A DNA stretch of 64,000 bases from assembly GCA_964402035.1 (NCBI GenBank), contig CAYOAM010000001.1, positions 179,558 through 243,557 of the forward strand, in the 5' to 3' direction. Source of the DNA: an uncultured Candidatus Saccharibacteria bacterium (lineage in GTDB: Bacteria; Patescibacteriota; Minisyncoccia; Phycocordibacterales; UBA918). This document shows, piece after piece, positions 1-9,853 of this stretch. The notes under the pieces were generated by a model that worked only from the letters and a program-made list of their open reading frames with translations, ran no database searches and was not told where the DNA came from. Position numbers and translations under genes: made by a program. Position 1 is the first letter of the stretch. Every line of letters starts with the position of its first letter.

Positions 1-2
1 AG

Positions 3-857
3 GAGTGTGACGATGGCAACAATACCTCAAACGATTTTTGTGCAGCAGATTGTACGGTTGAAAATGCGGGCGGTGGCGGTGGTTCATCGAGTGGAGGAGG
101 AGGTGGATCTTCTGGCGGAAGCCCCGATGGACCAATGGGAGACACTCAGGTCAGTATTACCGGTAAGGCGTATCCTAATGCGACCGTAAATGTACTCTTG
201 GACGGTGACGTCATTGGTACGGTGCGCGCCAACAATCAGGCTGACTTTACATTTAGTACAGATATTGAACCTGGTACAAATTCCTTCGGTTTCTGGGCAA
301 AGGATTCAAACAGCATTAGATCTATTACCTTAAATACAACATTTGACGTGACGCAGGGTGCGGTGACCACTATTAGTGGCATTATGCTGCCTCCAACAAT
401 CGTTGCAACTCCAAGTCGTGTTGATAAAGGTAGCCCTATCACATTTTCTGGTAAAACAGTCCCAAACTTTACCGTGAAATCATATATTGACACGAGTGCA
501 TTCGTAGAATCCGCTGTGGCAAACAGTAGTGGGGAATGGCAGCTTGTCTTTGATACATCGCGCCTATCTGAAGCCACACATACGGTAAAACCAAAATTTG
601 AGCAATTGACTGGTGGGAAACTCACGGAGAGCAATTTTGGTCAAACACTTTCATTTTATGTAGGGGCTGGCCCTACCGGTGAGATTTCAAGTTCTGATCT
701 CAATAAAGATGGAAAGATAAACTTGATAGACTTTTCGATTTTGATATTTTGGTGGGGGACCAATGGAGGAAATTCAAGTCCTCGCGCAGACATAAATGCC
801 AATGGCAAAGTGGGCCTCGAAGATTTTTCTATATTGTTGTTTAACTGGACAGGCTAG
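3..857 (+). CDS. Surface protein (5'-truncated by window): Cys-rich repeat, Gly/Ser linker, two Ig-like domains, C-terminal dockerin-like domain
   Basis: The frame is open from base 3 (ECDDGNNTSNDFCAADC, then GGGGGSSSGGGG), upstream of the ORF-track start at 135. The C-terminus has a duplicated Ca-binding dockerin-type motif: DLNKDGKINLIDFSIL and DINANGKVGLEDFSIL. Confidence 0.75.
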   Translation, partial: ECDDGNNTSNDFCAADCTVENAGGGGGSSSGGGGGSSGGSPDGPMGDTQVSITGKAYPNATVNVLLDGDVIGTVRANNQADFTFSTDIEPGTNSFGFWAKDSNSIRSITLNTTFDVTQGAVTTISGIMLPPTIVATPSRVDKGSPITFSGKTVPNFTVKSYIDTSAFVESAVANSSGEWQLVFDTSRLSEATHTVKPKFEQLTGGKLTESNFGQTLSFYVGAGPTGEISSSDLNKDGKINLIDFSILIFWWGTNGGNSSPRADINANGKVGLEDFSILLFNWTG

Positions 858-930
858 ATATTATTTTTTTGTGTATAACTCACGCAATGCTTGTTGCTGT
901 GCGTGTACAATGTAAGTACGTTTGACACAG

Positions 931-972
931 AGCGTTGTCCCCATGAGTATCTATACGAGTGGGGACAACGCT
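931..972. repeat. Perfect 13-bp inverted repeat upstream of small HTH gene
   Basis: agcgttgtcccca (931-943) and tggggacaacgct (960-972), 16-nt spacer. Confidence 0.85.
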
Positions 973-982
973 TGGCAAGAAC

Positions 983-1201
983 ATGCATCAGCAAACCAAA
1001 TTGACGCCAGTCCTTCGTAAAGAAATTTATGAGAAATGGCGCAAAGGTAAGGGGTCATGGTCATTGCGGGTACTTGCAGCCGAGTATCATGTAGACAAAC
1101 GGGTCATTAGTCGAATACTTGAACGCGGAAGCCGTGGAGACTTCAGTGTTCATAGCAGTGCTAATCTCCGATATCGAAAGAGCACGATATCGAAGCGCTG
1201 A
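983..1201 (+). CDS. Small helix-turn-helix protein resembling the N-terminal DNA-binding domain of IS481-like transposases
   Basis: MHQQTKLTPVLRKEIY...SLRVLAAEYHVDKRVISRILERG; basic; no DDE domain follows. Confidence 0.55.
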   Translation: MHQQTKLTPVLRKEIYEKWRKGKGSWSLRVLAAEYHVDKRVISRILERGSRGDFSVHSSANLRYRKSTISKR

Positions 1202-1245
1202 TTTTATAAGCGACTGTGGCAAGAAGATAACACAACAAAGAGCAT

Positions 1246-2361
1246 ATGAGTCACACGGAAGCGTCCGTGCGCATGCTCCGAGTAGTCGCGTGTGTTGTGG
1301 GAATTGCACTATTTTTTTGGAGTGTTAGTTTCCCAACACTCTTTAGGGCGGTAGAAGCAGCTTCAATCACGTCTGCGAGTGATACGCTGTCGGATTCTGA
1401 TCAAAATGTGGCTTCAAACCACGTTATCAGATTTACGACACCAAATGGTATCCTTCCAAACGAGACCATCCTCATCACATTTCCAGCAGGATTTGACCTG
1501 ACAGATAACACGCCGACAGGTCTAAATTTTGATGATTTGGATTTGACAGATGATGGAGTAGAGCAAACGTTAGCTGACTCAAACGGTGTCGCACAGTGGG
1601 GCGTTGCAACAACAACGACCACTATCCAACTTACGGCTCCGTCGGGTTCTACGGTAGGTTCTAGTTCGGTCTTAGTGATTGAAATTGGTAATAATGCAAC
1701 ATCAGGGTCAACGGGTGATACTCAAATCATCAATCCTGGGTTGGGTTCTTACACAATCGACATTGCTGGTAGCATGGAGGACTCAGGTTCACTCATGGTT
1801 GCTATCGTCGACAATGTTGTCGTGACTGCTAGTGTTGATACAAATTTTAGCTTTGCCGTTGCGGGGGTTGGGACGGGGCTTTCCGTAAATGGAACGACCA
1901 CCTCGACTACCTCAACAGCGACCGCTATACCATTTGAGACATTATCAAATGGGGTCATCAAAACGCTAGCTCAGGATCTTACCGTTACTACAAATGCCTC
2001 AAACGGCTTTGCAATAACGGTGTACCAGGATACCAATCTTATTTCATCGACAGGGGCTGACATTGATGGGTTCGCTGATGGGGCGTATACCGATACACCC
2101 TCACCATGGGCACATCCAACCGCTAGTCCTTCGAATGAAAAAACATGGGGTCACTGGGGACTAACGTCCACTGATGCAGATCTTTTTGGAAGCAACTTAT
2201 GGGTTTCTCCTAGTACCACACCGCGAACCGTGTTCTCACACACTTCAGTAGTGAATGCGAGCACAACACGTGTTGGATATCAGGCAGAAATCAGTACCCT
2301 CCAAGAGGCTGGTGATGATTACACGACGACACTAACGTACATCGCAACACCGACATTCTAA
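1246..2361 (+). CDS. Exported Thr/Ser-rich beta-sandwich surface protein with WxL-like C-terminal domain
   Basis: N-terminal hydrophobic signal; ends ...AGDDYTTTLTYIATPTF, resembling the terminal G-x-Y-x-x-T-L-T strand of WxL-type domains. Confidence 0.55.
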   Translation: MSHTEASVRMLRVVACVVGIALFFWSVSFPTLFRAVEAASITSASDTLSDSDQNVASNHVIRFTTPNGILPNETILITFPAGFDLTDNTPTGLNFDDLDLTDDGVEQTLADSNGVAQWGVATTTTTIQLTAPSGSTVGSSSVLVIEIGNNATSGSTGDTQIINPGLGSYTIDIAGSMEDSGSLMVAIVDNVVVTASVDTNFSFAVAGVGTGLSVNGTTTSTTSTATAIPFETLSNGVIKTLAQDLTVTTNASNGFAITVYQDTNLISSTGADIDGFADGAYTDTPSPWAHPTASPSNEKTWGHWGLTSTDADLFGSNLWVSPSTTPRTVFSHTSVVNASTTRVGYQAEISTLQEAGDDYTTTLTYIATPTF

Positions 2362-2485
2362 AGAAGCACGCTTTACTTTGTGGAGCCGAAAAACCCTATC
2401 TCCCACCACGAGTGGGGTTTTTTCGTTCTCAACATTTCTCTACATGTTAGAAAAAAAACGAATCAACTTTTGCTATACTATGGTT

Positions 2486-3523
2486 ATGCAAGTACGCACT
2501 AAGCGATTTTTTTTCTCTATTGCGCTCTTTGTTTCTCTATATGCTGCTTTTCCTCATTCGGGTATGGCAGCCACATTGTATGTAAGTCCGTCGACTGCAG
2601 ATGTGCTGATGGGTGACTCAGTGAGTCTAGATGTGCGTATCGATACGGACGAAGGCGAGTGTATCAATACCGTAGATGCAGTCATTACCTATGGAGATGG
2701 TATTCAAGCAGTTGATGTATCGCGAGGGAGCTCAATTCTAACGTTGTGGGTCGAAGAGCCGCATATTGATGATGGTACGCAAACCATCACGTTTGCGGGC
2801 GGTATTCCAAATGGATATTGTGGACGCATACCCGGAGATCCAAGTCTGACTAATGTTATTGCAAAATTGGTATTTCGTGCGCCTGGATTTTCTGTTGGTG
2901 CATCACAAAGCAACACGGCGACCATCGCATTTGATAGTGCAACGCGCGTGCTTTTGAATGATGGATTCGGAACACCGGCGCAATTACAGACATTGGATGC
3001 AACGGTCCAATTGATAAAAAAGGTTGGCACTACGACGAGCGATATTTGGCGTGATGCAATTACTGATGATACACAGTCGCCGCAACCATTTAGTATAGAA
3101 TTAGTACACAACCCTGACGTGTTTAGTGGAAAATATTACATTGTATTTAACACAACAGACAAACAATCTGGTCTTGATCATTTTGAAATATTTGAGGAAT
3201 CAGCAAACGATCTATATTCATTTTCTTGGGGAAGTGCGGAAACACCATGGACAAAAGAAGAGAGCCCATACGTACTACATGATCAAGATCTACGGAGCAC
3301 CATACGGGTAAAAGCCGTCGACAAGGCGGGTAATGAACGTATTGCGACACTTATACCAGATGAAAGTTTACGGAGAATCCCAGTAATTGTGTATAGTATC
3401 GCCGCTTTTGTGAGTGTGGTAGGTATTATATTGTTGGGTCTTGCTGTGTGGTATTTTGTGCGCCGTCGCAAAAAAAAGGGTGCCGCTCTTACGCCGGAGT
3501 CTGATGTCGGAGACACTATCTGA
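2486..3523 (+). CDS. Cohesin-domain membrane-anchored protein
   Basis: Signal peptide, then ATLYVSP...VRIDT...INTVDAVITY...ITFAGGIPNG (cohesin-like fold); C-terminal TM followed by RRRKKK. Start chosen at the ATG 6 nt after TATACT. Confidence 0.7.
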   Translation: MQVRTKRFFFSIALFVSLYAAFPHSGMAATLYVSPSTADVLMGDSVSLDVRIDTDEGECINTVDAVITYGDGIQAVDVSRGSSILTLWVEEPHIDDGTQTITFAGGIPNGYCGRIPGDPSLTNVIAKLVFRAPGFSVGASQSNTATIAFDSATRVLLNDGFGTPAQLQTLDATVQLIKKVGTTTSDIWRDAITDDTQSPQPFSIELVHNPDVFSGKYYIVFNTTDKQSGLDHFEIFEESANDLYSFSWGSAETPWTKEESPYVLHDQDLRSTIRVKAVDKAGNERIATLIPDESLRRIPVIVYSIAAFVSVVGIILLGLAVWYFVRRRKKKGAALTPESDVGDTI

Positions 3524-3526
3524 TAT

Positions 3527-5263
3527 ATGTATAAAAATTTGTTTCCACTGTCAATGCCACTCGTGTACGTGCTTTTTGCTGTGTTACTTTTTTTTACGTA
3601 TGACGTTGCGAGCGTTGCTGCAGCTAATCTTCGGCTGTCACCAGAGACGGGCATATATACGACAGGGAATACATTTTCAGTACGTGTGCTCGTGAATACG
3701 CAAGGGCAACCCATCAACGCTGCTGAGGGAGAAATATCATTCAATCAAAGTGATCTCTCAGTTGTCAGTATTTCAAAAGTCGGGTCACTGTTTACGTTGT
3801 GGACTCGAGAACCAGAATTTTCAAATAGCACGGGAAAGATTTATTTTGGAGGCGGTTCCCCGAGTGGGTATACCGGTGCAGCAGGCACCATCATGACGAT
3901 CACCTTTAAGGCAAAATATGCTGGCAGCTCACAGGTCAGCTATTCTTCTGGCTCAATCCTAGCCGCTGATGGTCGCGGTACAAATATTCTTTCAACGATG
4001 CAGGGCGCAACCTATACACTCCAAGCTGCTTTGAGTGTGCCACCTCCAGAATATGTACCTCCTGCAAATACACCCGGTGCTCCCATGGTGACATCTACGA
4101 CTCATCCTAATCCTGCATCATGGTACAAGAGTACGTCGGCTCAGCTTGCGTGGGAATTACCCAATGGGATCACTGCCGTCCGTACCGCGCTCGATCAGAA
4201 AGAGTTGACCATCCCAACAAAAACCTACGAAGAGCCGATACGTGAAATCACGCTTTCTGATCTCAGTGAAGGTGTTTCCTATTTTCATATTCAGTTTAAA
4301 AACGCTGATGGTTGGGGTCGCGTTACGCATTATCGTATTGCAACTGATAGTGAAAAACCAGTGTCGTTTGCGCTATCGCTTGCAGATGGTAATGATCCAG
4401 GAAATCTTGAGCAGGCTATACGTTTTGACGTGGTGGATCAAGGGTCAGGTGTCTCGCATTATGAAATTCAATTGGATGGCGGAGAGCGCGTTCGTTTTGA
4501 AGATCCTGAGCATACGAAGACATATAAGACGGCACGCCTAACACCGGGGGATCATACGATTGTTGTTGAGGCATTTGATCACGCTTTAAATAGTATTGTT
4601 GGTTCACTGCATTTCAACATACAGACGTTTGATGCGCCTCTATTTACGGAATATCCGCACGAAGTGAGTAGTGACGTCATACCGGTACTTCGTGGTACCA
4701 CTCGAGGAAATGCACAAGTCACCATCGATCTTACAAAGATAGGGGCCCAGACGCAGACCTATGTCGTCACTTCGGACACAAACGGCGTCTTTACCTTTAT
4801 ACCGGAAGGCCGATTTACGGAAGGAGTCTACGAAGTCACCGCAATAGCGACGGATGCATTTGGGGCACAAAGTGAGTCCTCTGAAAAAATTCGCATCGCG
4901 GTCCAAAAACCTGGCTTGATTCGTCTCGGTGGCATTGTGATAAACTTTCTTTCAGTAATAGTACCACTACTTGCACTACTCGGCCTTTTGATACTTACGA
5001 GCTGGTACGGGCTGCATCGTATACAGCGCATGCGACGTCGTATACGTAAAGAAGTTGTCGAAGCGGAGCAGAGTCTCGCACGTGAATTCGCAAGCATTGT
5101 GGCTGCAGTAAAGCGAGATGTGGTGATGCTTCGTGATGTGCGTAAAGGAAAGCTCACCAAGCAAGAGGATGTGCTGATTGATGGATTGACCGAGAATCTT
5201 GCGGTAGCTGAAAAACGTATAAAGAAAGAAATCGAAGACATAGAGAAATTGGTGCGCCGCTAA
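3527..5263 (+). CDS. Cohesin plus Ig-like repeat protein with C-terminal TM and coiled tail
   Basis: ANLRLSP...VRVLVNTQGQPINAAEGEISF...AADGRGT cohesin-like domain; Ig-like repeats (LxxGxHTIxVxAxD); TM near aa 470-495. Confidence 0.7.
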   Translation: MYKNLFPLSMPLVYVLFAVLLFFTYDVASVAAANLRLSPETGIYTTGNTFSVRVLVNTQGQPINAAEGEISFNQSDLSVVSISKVGSLFTLWTREPEFSNSTGKIYFGGGSPSGYTGAAGTIMTITFKAKYAGSSQVSYSSGSILAADGRGTNILSTMQGATYTLQAALSVPPPEYVPPANTPGAPMVTSTTHPNPASWYKSTSAQLAWELPNGITAVRTALDQKELTIPTKTYEEPIREITLSDLSEGVSYFHIQFKNADGWGRVTHYRIATDSEKPVSFALSLADGNDPGNLEQAIRFDVVDQGSGVSHYEIQLDGGERVRFEDPEHTKTYKTARLTPGDHTIVVEAFDHALNSIVGSLHFNIQTFDAPLFTEYPHEVSSDVIPVLRGTTRGNAQVTIDLTKIGAQTQTYVVTSDTNGVFTFIPEGRFTEGVYEVTAIATDAFGAQSESSEKIRIAVQKPGLIRLGGIVINFLSVIVPLLALLGLLILTSWYGLHRIQRMRRRIRKEVVEAEQSLAREFASIVAAVKRDVVMLRDVRKGKLTKQEDVLIDGLTENLAVAEKRIKKEIEDIEKLVRR

Positions 5264-5266
5264 CGT

Positions 5267-5947
5267 ATGTTTGTCACTTCACAAAAATATCTGTTCAGCT
5301 TGCTCTTTTTTCTCTTGCTCGGTGGCATAGTACTCGTCGTCCTCTCTACGGTACATGCACAAAAAAAGCGAGACGTACTGCATACCATAGAAGAACATAT
5401 CGATAGCGTTCGATCGGTGTTGGTTGTTGCGCTGCAAACGACCAGTAGCAATGATGTAGATCCAGATGTCAATGCACTAATAAAGGATTGTCAAAGACGA
5501 GACGCTTTTGACGCAGAACTTGGTAGGCTCAATACCTTGACCACTACAGAGTTGCGGACGCTTACTGGTCTTTTTGATGCGTGTGGCGATTACTTTTCGG
5601 TACGAAAAAAATTGATGGTCTATAAGATTGATTTTTTGATTGATGCAATGCATACCGATGTAGAGTACATCGCTCAGTATGCAGACGGTACGAAGTATAG
5701 TGCACTAGCGAAACTGTGGTCTGACATTGGTGCGCAAGAGCGACATCGTAGTGAACTTCTTGGTGAACAGGTGACATTGCAGGGTACGATCATTGAAAAA
5801 TTGTTAGCACGTGATCAGCCTTCACTCAAAACGCTTGTTGAACGAGCGCAAGATATTGGCCAACAACTACAAGTCTTGCAAGTTGAAATACAAAATTTGG
5901 TTGACCGTGAAGCTTCGCTCTGGAGTACGGTGGTTGAGCAGACATAG
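5267..5947 (+). CDS. Hypothetical N-terminally anchored helical protein with a Cys pair
   Basis: 226-aa ORF tightly coupled to its neighbours; N-terminal TM. Confidence 0.6.
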   Translation: MFVTSQKYLFSLLFFLLLGGIVLVVLSTVHAQKKRDVLHTIEEHIDSVRSVLVVALQTTSSNDVDPDVNALIKDCQRRDAFDAELGRLNTLTTTELRTLTGLFDACGDYFSVRKKLMVYKIDFLIDAMHTDVEYIAQYADGTKYSALAKLWSDIGAQERHRSELLGEQVTLQGTIIEKLLARDQPSLKTLVERAQDIGQQLQVLQVEIQNLVDREASLWSTVVEQT

Positions 5948-5950
5948 AAT

Positions 5951-6700
5951 ATGAATACCTTCCGACGATTATATCGGACATGGCGAATGCGGCATCGACG
6001 CGAAAGAAGCATGACCGTCCGCTTTGCATTTCCTGCGGTGGTTGTTTTTTCTGCTTTTATGGGACTTGCGCTCACACTATCCTCAGAATCATCCTATGTG
6101 CGCATCGACACCACCCCAAAAGAAGTAGCTGCTGGTGAGACGTTTACTATCAATATATACGCTTCGGCACATGTGCCGACAAACGCCATTGATATAAAGG
6201 TAACCTATCCCGAACAGCAACTTGATATTTTAGGTGTTGATGTTGGAGAGTCGATTATTACTATTTGGACCGAGGAGCCTACAGCAAAAAATGGCGTCAT
6301 ACAGCTACGGGGCGGTGTGTACCGCAAGGGTTTTTTGGGTGAACATGTTATTGCGCACGTAAATGCACGTGCTGTAGATTCTGGTGTTGCACGAATACTC
6401 GCATCAGAAACAGTCTTTTTGGCAGGCGATGGTAGAGGTTCGCAGGTGCCGGTCACGAAACTGGGTGGAGAAAAAGCAGAGATTTCTATTGGAGAGCGTA
6501 GTCTCGAGGGTACACTTGAGAGCAAGGTTACGATCGGCATCGTTACTGATATCGATGGCGACGGGGATGTAGATCTTACCGATATAGAGCGTTTTCTATC
6601 CGATTGGAATGCGCGTCGATCACGGTACGACTTTAATGGAGACGGAAAGATGAGCTTTGTTGATTTTGCTATATTGCTTGCACAGTCATTTTTTAGATAA
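5951..6700 (+). CDS. Cohesin plus dockerin protein
   Basis: Cohesin-like domain (FLAGDGRGS) followed by DIDGDGDVDLTDI and DFNGDGKMSFVDFAIL. Confidence 0.7.
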   Translation: MNTFRRLYRTWRMRHRRERSMTVRFAFPAVVVFSAFMGLALTLSSESSYVRIDTTPKEVAAGETFTINIYASAHVPTNAIDIKVTYPEQQLDILGVDVGESIITIWTEEPTAKNGVIQLRGGVYRKGFLGEHVIAHVNARAVDSGVARILASETVFLAGDGRGSQVPVTKLGGEKAEISIGERSLEGTLESKVTIGIVTDIDGDGDVDLTDIERFLSDWNARRSRYDFNGDGKMSFVDFAILLAQSFFR

Positions 6701-6759
6701 TTTTCCAACATAGACCCCATGTTATACTAGCGACACTACACCCCAGTGATTCTTATACT

Positions 6760-7161
6760 ATGGCAAAAGATATAGAAGCTATTTCATTGCTTACGGAGTC
6801 TGAACAGGAGCACTATCTCTCATTGAAAGAAGCTGCGGAGCTTACGGACTACACGCCAGATTATATTGGTCAATTGATTCGCTCGGGTAAAATTGAAGGC
6901 CGTCAGGTGTATACCAATGTCTCTTGGGTGACCACGGAAAAAGCGGTACGTACGTACATGGAGACACGAGGAAAAGTTTTGACAGAACCATCTCTGTCCG
7001 TGACAAGAGATCCACGCCGTGTATTGCAGTATGCGCTCTATGGGATTATTGGCGCTTTAGGGTTTATACTGGTATTGATCGCATATATATTTTTTGTTGG
7101 TGTTGATCGAGCATTGACCGATGTTTCAACGAAAGCAAGTACTATTGAAGGATATGAATAA
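6760..7161 (+). CDS. Excisionase/MerR-like HTH protein with a C-terminal TM helix
   Basis: YLSLKEAAELTDYTPDYIGQLIRSGKIEG...W; TM LYGIIGALGFILVLIAYIFFV. Confidence 0.7.
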   Translation: MAKDIEAISLLTESEQEHYLSLKEAAELTDYTPDYIGQLIRSGKIEGRQVYTNVSWVTTEKAVRTYMETRGKVLTEPSLSVTRDPRRVLQYALYGIIGALGFILVLIAYIFFVGVDRALTDVSTKASTIEGYE

Positions 7162-8158
7162 CAAAGCAGCAGCACGAATTTTTTCTCTAGCATTGCTCTG
7201 TTGCGTGGGATTCTGTGCGATGCCTACAGCGCATGCTAATACCTATGTTGTTGCACCACGATTTATAGATCTCACCGTTGAACCGCGGGATATTATTGAG
7301 GAAAAAATACTCGTCACCAATGGGGGTGCACCCGTATCACTTTTTACGGTCGTTAATGAAGTGACGGTAGGGATTGAAGGCGGGCTCAAAGAGTTTGTGA
7401 CACCCTCTATGTCTGATCGTTCTTCGACACTGACGAGTTGGATTGAAATTAGTCGTGCCGGTTTTGATCTTGCTCCCGGTGCATCTCGTGAACTACCGCT
7501 CGTTATACGAGTGAATCCGTCTGCCGAACCCGGTGAATACCATGCCATGATTGCCTTTGCTCCGGGCACCACGATCGATGATGCCATGCAACGTGTCAAG
7601 CAGGGGGATGTACCCAGCGTGCTCATAAATGTCACCATAGAAAAGAAATCCAATGATTTTGTAAATCTTGCCCGTTTCAGTATAAAAAAGTTTGTAACAG
7701 CATTTCATGATGGCGACGTGCAGTATCGCGTTGATAATACGGGTGATACAGAACTCATTCCGAGCGGAGATATCATCATCTACAATCAACGTGGAGAAGA
7801 AGTGGCAACCGTACCGGTTAATGCAGATGCAAAATCCGTTCGACCGGGAGATACGGTAACATTTTCGGGAGGTGTACCTATTGAGGGTCTATTGGGGAAA
7901 TACAAAGCATTTCTTACACTAAGATATGGCAGTGAGCAGGCGGCTGTATATGACACCGTATATTTTTATGTATTTCCTTGGAAAAAAATCGGCATCATTT
8001 TTGTGATATTCGCCGTCCTTGCTATCGCATGTGCATTGTGGATACACCGGAGATATAGCCAAGACGAAGATGATGATGGAGCGCACGAATTGCCAGTACG
8101 GGTGCGCGAGTCAGCCTCTGTAGCGCACGAACGAGATGTAATCATGCGACCAAAATAA
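7154..8158 (+). CDS. DUF916-like (WxL-partner) exported protein with C-terminal TM
   Basis: Signal peptide; LTSWIEI...LAPG...AEPGEYHAMI; VDNTGDTELIPSG motif; TM near the C-terminus. Confidence 0.55.
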   Translation: MNNKAAARIFSLALLCCVGFCAMPTAHANTYVVAPRFIDLTVEPRDIIEEKILVTNGGAPVSLFTVVNEVTVGIEGGLKEFVTPSMSDRSSTLTSWIEISRAGFDLAPGASRELPLVIRVNPSAEPGEYHAMIAFAPGTTIDDAMQRVKQGDVPSVLINVTIEKKSNDFVNLARFSIKKFVTAFHDGDVQYRVDNTGDTELIPSGDIIIYNQRGEEVATVPVNADAKSVRPGDTVTFSGGVPIEGLLGKYKAFLTLRYGSEQAAVYDTVYFYVFPWKKIGIIFVIFAVLAIACALWIHRRYSQDEDDDGAHELPVRVRESASVAHERDVIMRPK

Positions 8159-9819
8159 TGCGCTTTTTATCTATCCATATCATAGGTGCAGCAAGCTTTA
8201 TTGGGATGCTGTTTTTCTCTGTTCCCGTTCATGCACAAGAGTCGTTGTCCATCAGTATCACGCCTCCACTATTCCAGCTCAATGTCACGCCCGGCGAAAC
8301 CTTCAAGAGTTCGGTAAAGGTGATCAATACTAATCGATATCCACTCACGGTGTATGCGACCGTATTTGATTTTAAGCCAAAAGGAGAAGATGGACAGGGT
8401 GATTTCGCTCCTCGTGTGACGGAGGGGGATATGGTGGGTAAGACACTTGCGGATTGGATTTCCCTAGAGTTGGATACGCTGACCGTGCCGCCGGAACAGA
8501 GTACTGAAATCCCAATTACCGTATCGATACCAAACGATGCCACTCCGGGGGGACATTTTGCGGCGATTTTAGTAGGTACCCGTCCTCCGGATAAAGGAGA
8601 TGTGACAGTCGTGCGTACATCACAGGTCGTCACGTCGCTTTTCTTTTTGCGTGTAGCAGGTGACGTGCAAGAAGAAGGAAAGATTCGAGAGTTTTCGGTT
8701 GCACATTTGTTGCGCGAAAGCCCTGAAGCCGAATTTTCTGTCAGATTTGAAAATGTGGGGAACGTGCACTTGCAACCCCAAGGAGGTATTTCTATATACA
8801 ATATGTGGGGTAAAGAACGCGGATTTATACCGATTAATCAAAAATCACATTTTGGAAACGTTTTGCCACAAAGTATACGAAAATTTGATTTTTCATGGCG
8901 TGGAGAGGGATCTATAGCAGACATTGGTCGGTATATGGCTGAAGTAACGCTCGTATATGGACAAGATGGACGTACCACGGTAAACCGTATCTTATATTTT
9001 TGGGTGTTGCCAATTCGGGCTGCTTTGTTGACACTGTGCGGTATCGCAGCATTTGTCTATTTTGTTGTGTGGATGATTCGACGGTATATTCAGCGCACTA
9101 TATATCTTTCTGGGTATGAAGATGTTAGCGTACCGAAAAAACCAACGGTAGTAGAAAACGATGCTGTGACGTTGCGACCATCCTCAACAAAAACCAAGGT
9201 GCCTCGGACGCTTAGCATGCGCGATTATGCTGCACCTTTGCGCGAAGGAGTACTGGATCTAAGGCGACAGATTAATAGTGATGAGGTGATTGAGAGTACG
9301 TTATACGCGCGAATGTTATTGTATATACGAACCTACAAGGTATTCTTTTTGACTATTGGTATAGTGCTCATATTCGGGACGCTTGGTGGCTTGTACCTTG
9401 TGGATGTGCTGACCAAAAATAAATCCTACGAAGTCACTGTTGAGCGAGGGGATGTTAGTGTTGTGATGTCTTCAGAGGAAATAATTAAGGGCCAACTACC
9501 ACATACAGAGGCCACTGCTGCATTGACGCACGCACAAGATTTTACCCTGAACATTCTAAATGCCACAGCTGTACCAGGCTCAGCTGCTACTGTTGGCCAG
9601 CACTTGGAAACACTTGGATATCGCGTACACTCGGTAACCCAAGTTATAGATCGAGCTGATACGACCGAAATATTATACGACCCTGGTCTCAAGGAAGCTG
9701 CAGAGACACTACGTGCCACATTTAGCGATACGGAGGTTCTGATTCGTGAAAACCCTGACAATCAAATATCTACATCAACGATAACAATTATGGTGGGTAT
9801 GGACAATATAAAAGAGTGA
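8158..9819 (+). CDS. DUF916-like exported protein with C-terminal LytR_C-like domain
   Basis: LADWISL...ATPGGHFAAILV; FENVGNVHLQPQG; C-terminal LNILNATAVPGSAATVGQHLETLGY...TEILY...ITIMVG (LytR_C pattern). Confidence 0.6.
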   Translation: MRFLSIHIIGAASFIGMLFFSVPVHAQESLSISITPPLFQLNVTPGETFKSSVKVINTNRYPLTVYATVFDFKPKGEDGQGDFAPRVTEGDMVGKTLADWISLELDTLTVPPEQSTEIPITVSIPNDATPGGHFAAILVGTRPPDKGDVTVVRTSQVVTSLFFLRVAGDVQEEGKIREFSVAHLLRESPEAEFSVRFENVGNVHLQPQGGISIYNMWGKERGFIPINQKSHFGNVLPQSIRKFDFSWRGEGSIADIGRYMAEVTLVYGQDGRTTVNRILYFWVLPIRAALLTLCGIAAFVYFVVWMIRRYIQRTIYLSGYEDVSVPKKPTVVENDAVTLRPSSTKTKVPRTLSMRDYAAPLREGVLDLRRQINSDEVIESTLYARMLLYIRTYKVFFLTIGIVLIFGTLGGLYLVDVLTKNKSYEVTVERGDVSVVMSSEEIIKGQLPHTEATAALTHAQDFTLNILNATAVPGSAATVGQHLETLGYRVHSVTQVIDRADTTEILYDPGLKEAAETLRATFSDTEVLIRENPDNQISTSTITIMVGMDNIKE

Positions 9820-9853
9820 TATACTAAGCCTATTATTTGTAGATATATACACT

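Noticed and set aside
3-6700. True cellulosome
   Set aside because: No glycoside hydrolase or recognisable cellulose-binding module is attached to the dockerins or cohesins.
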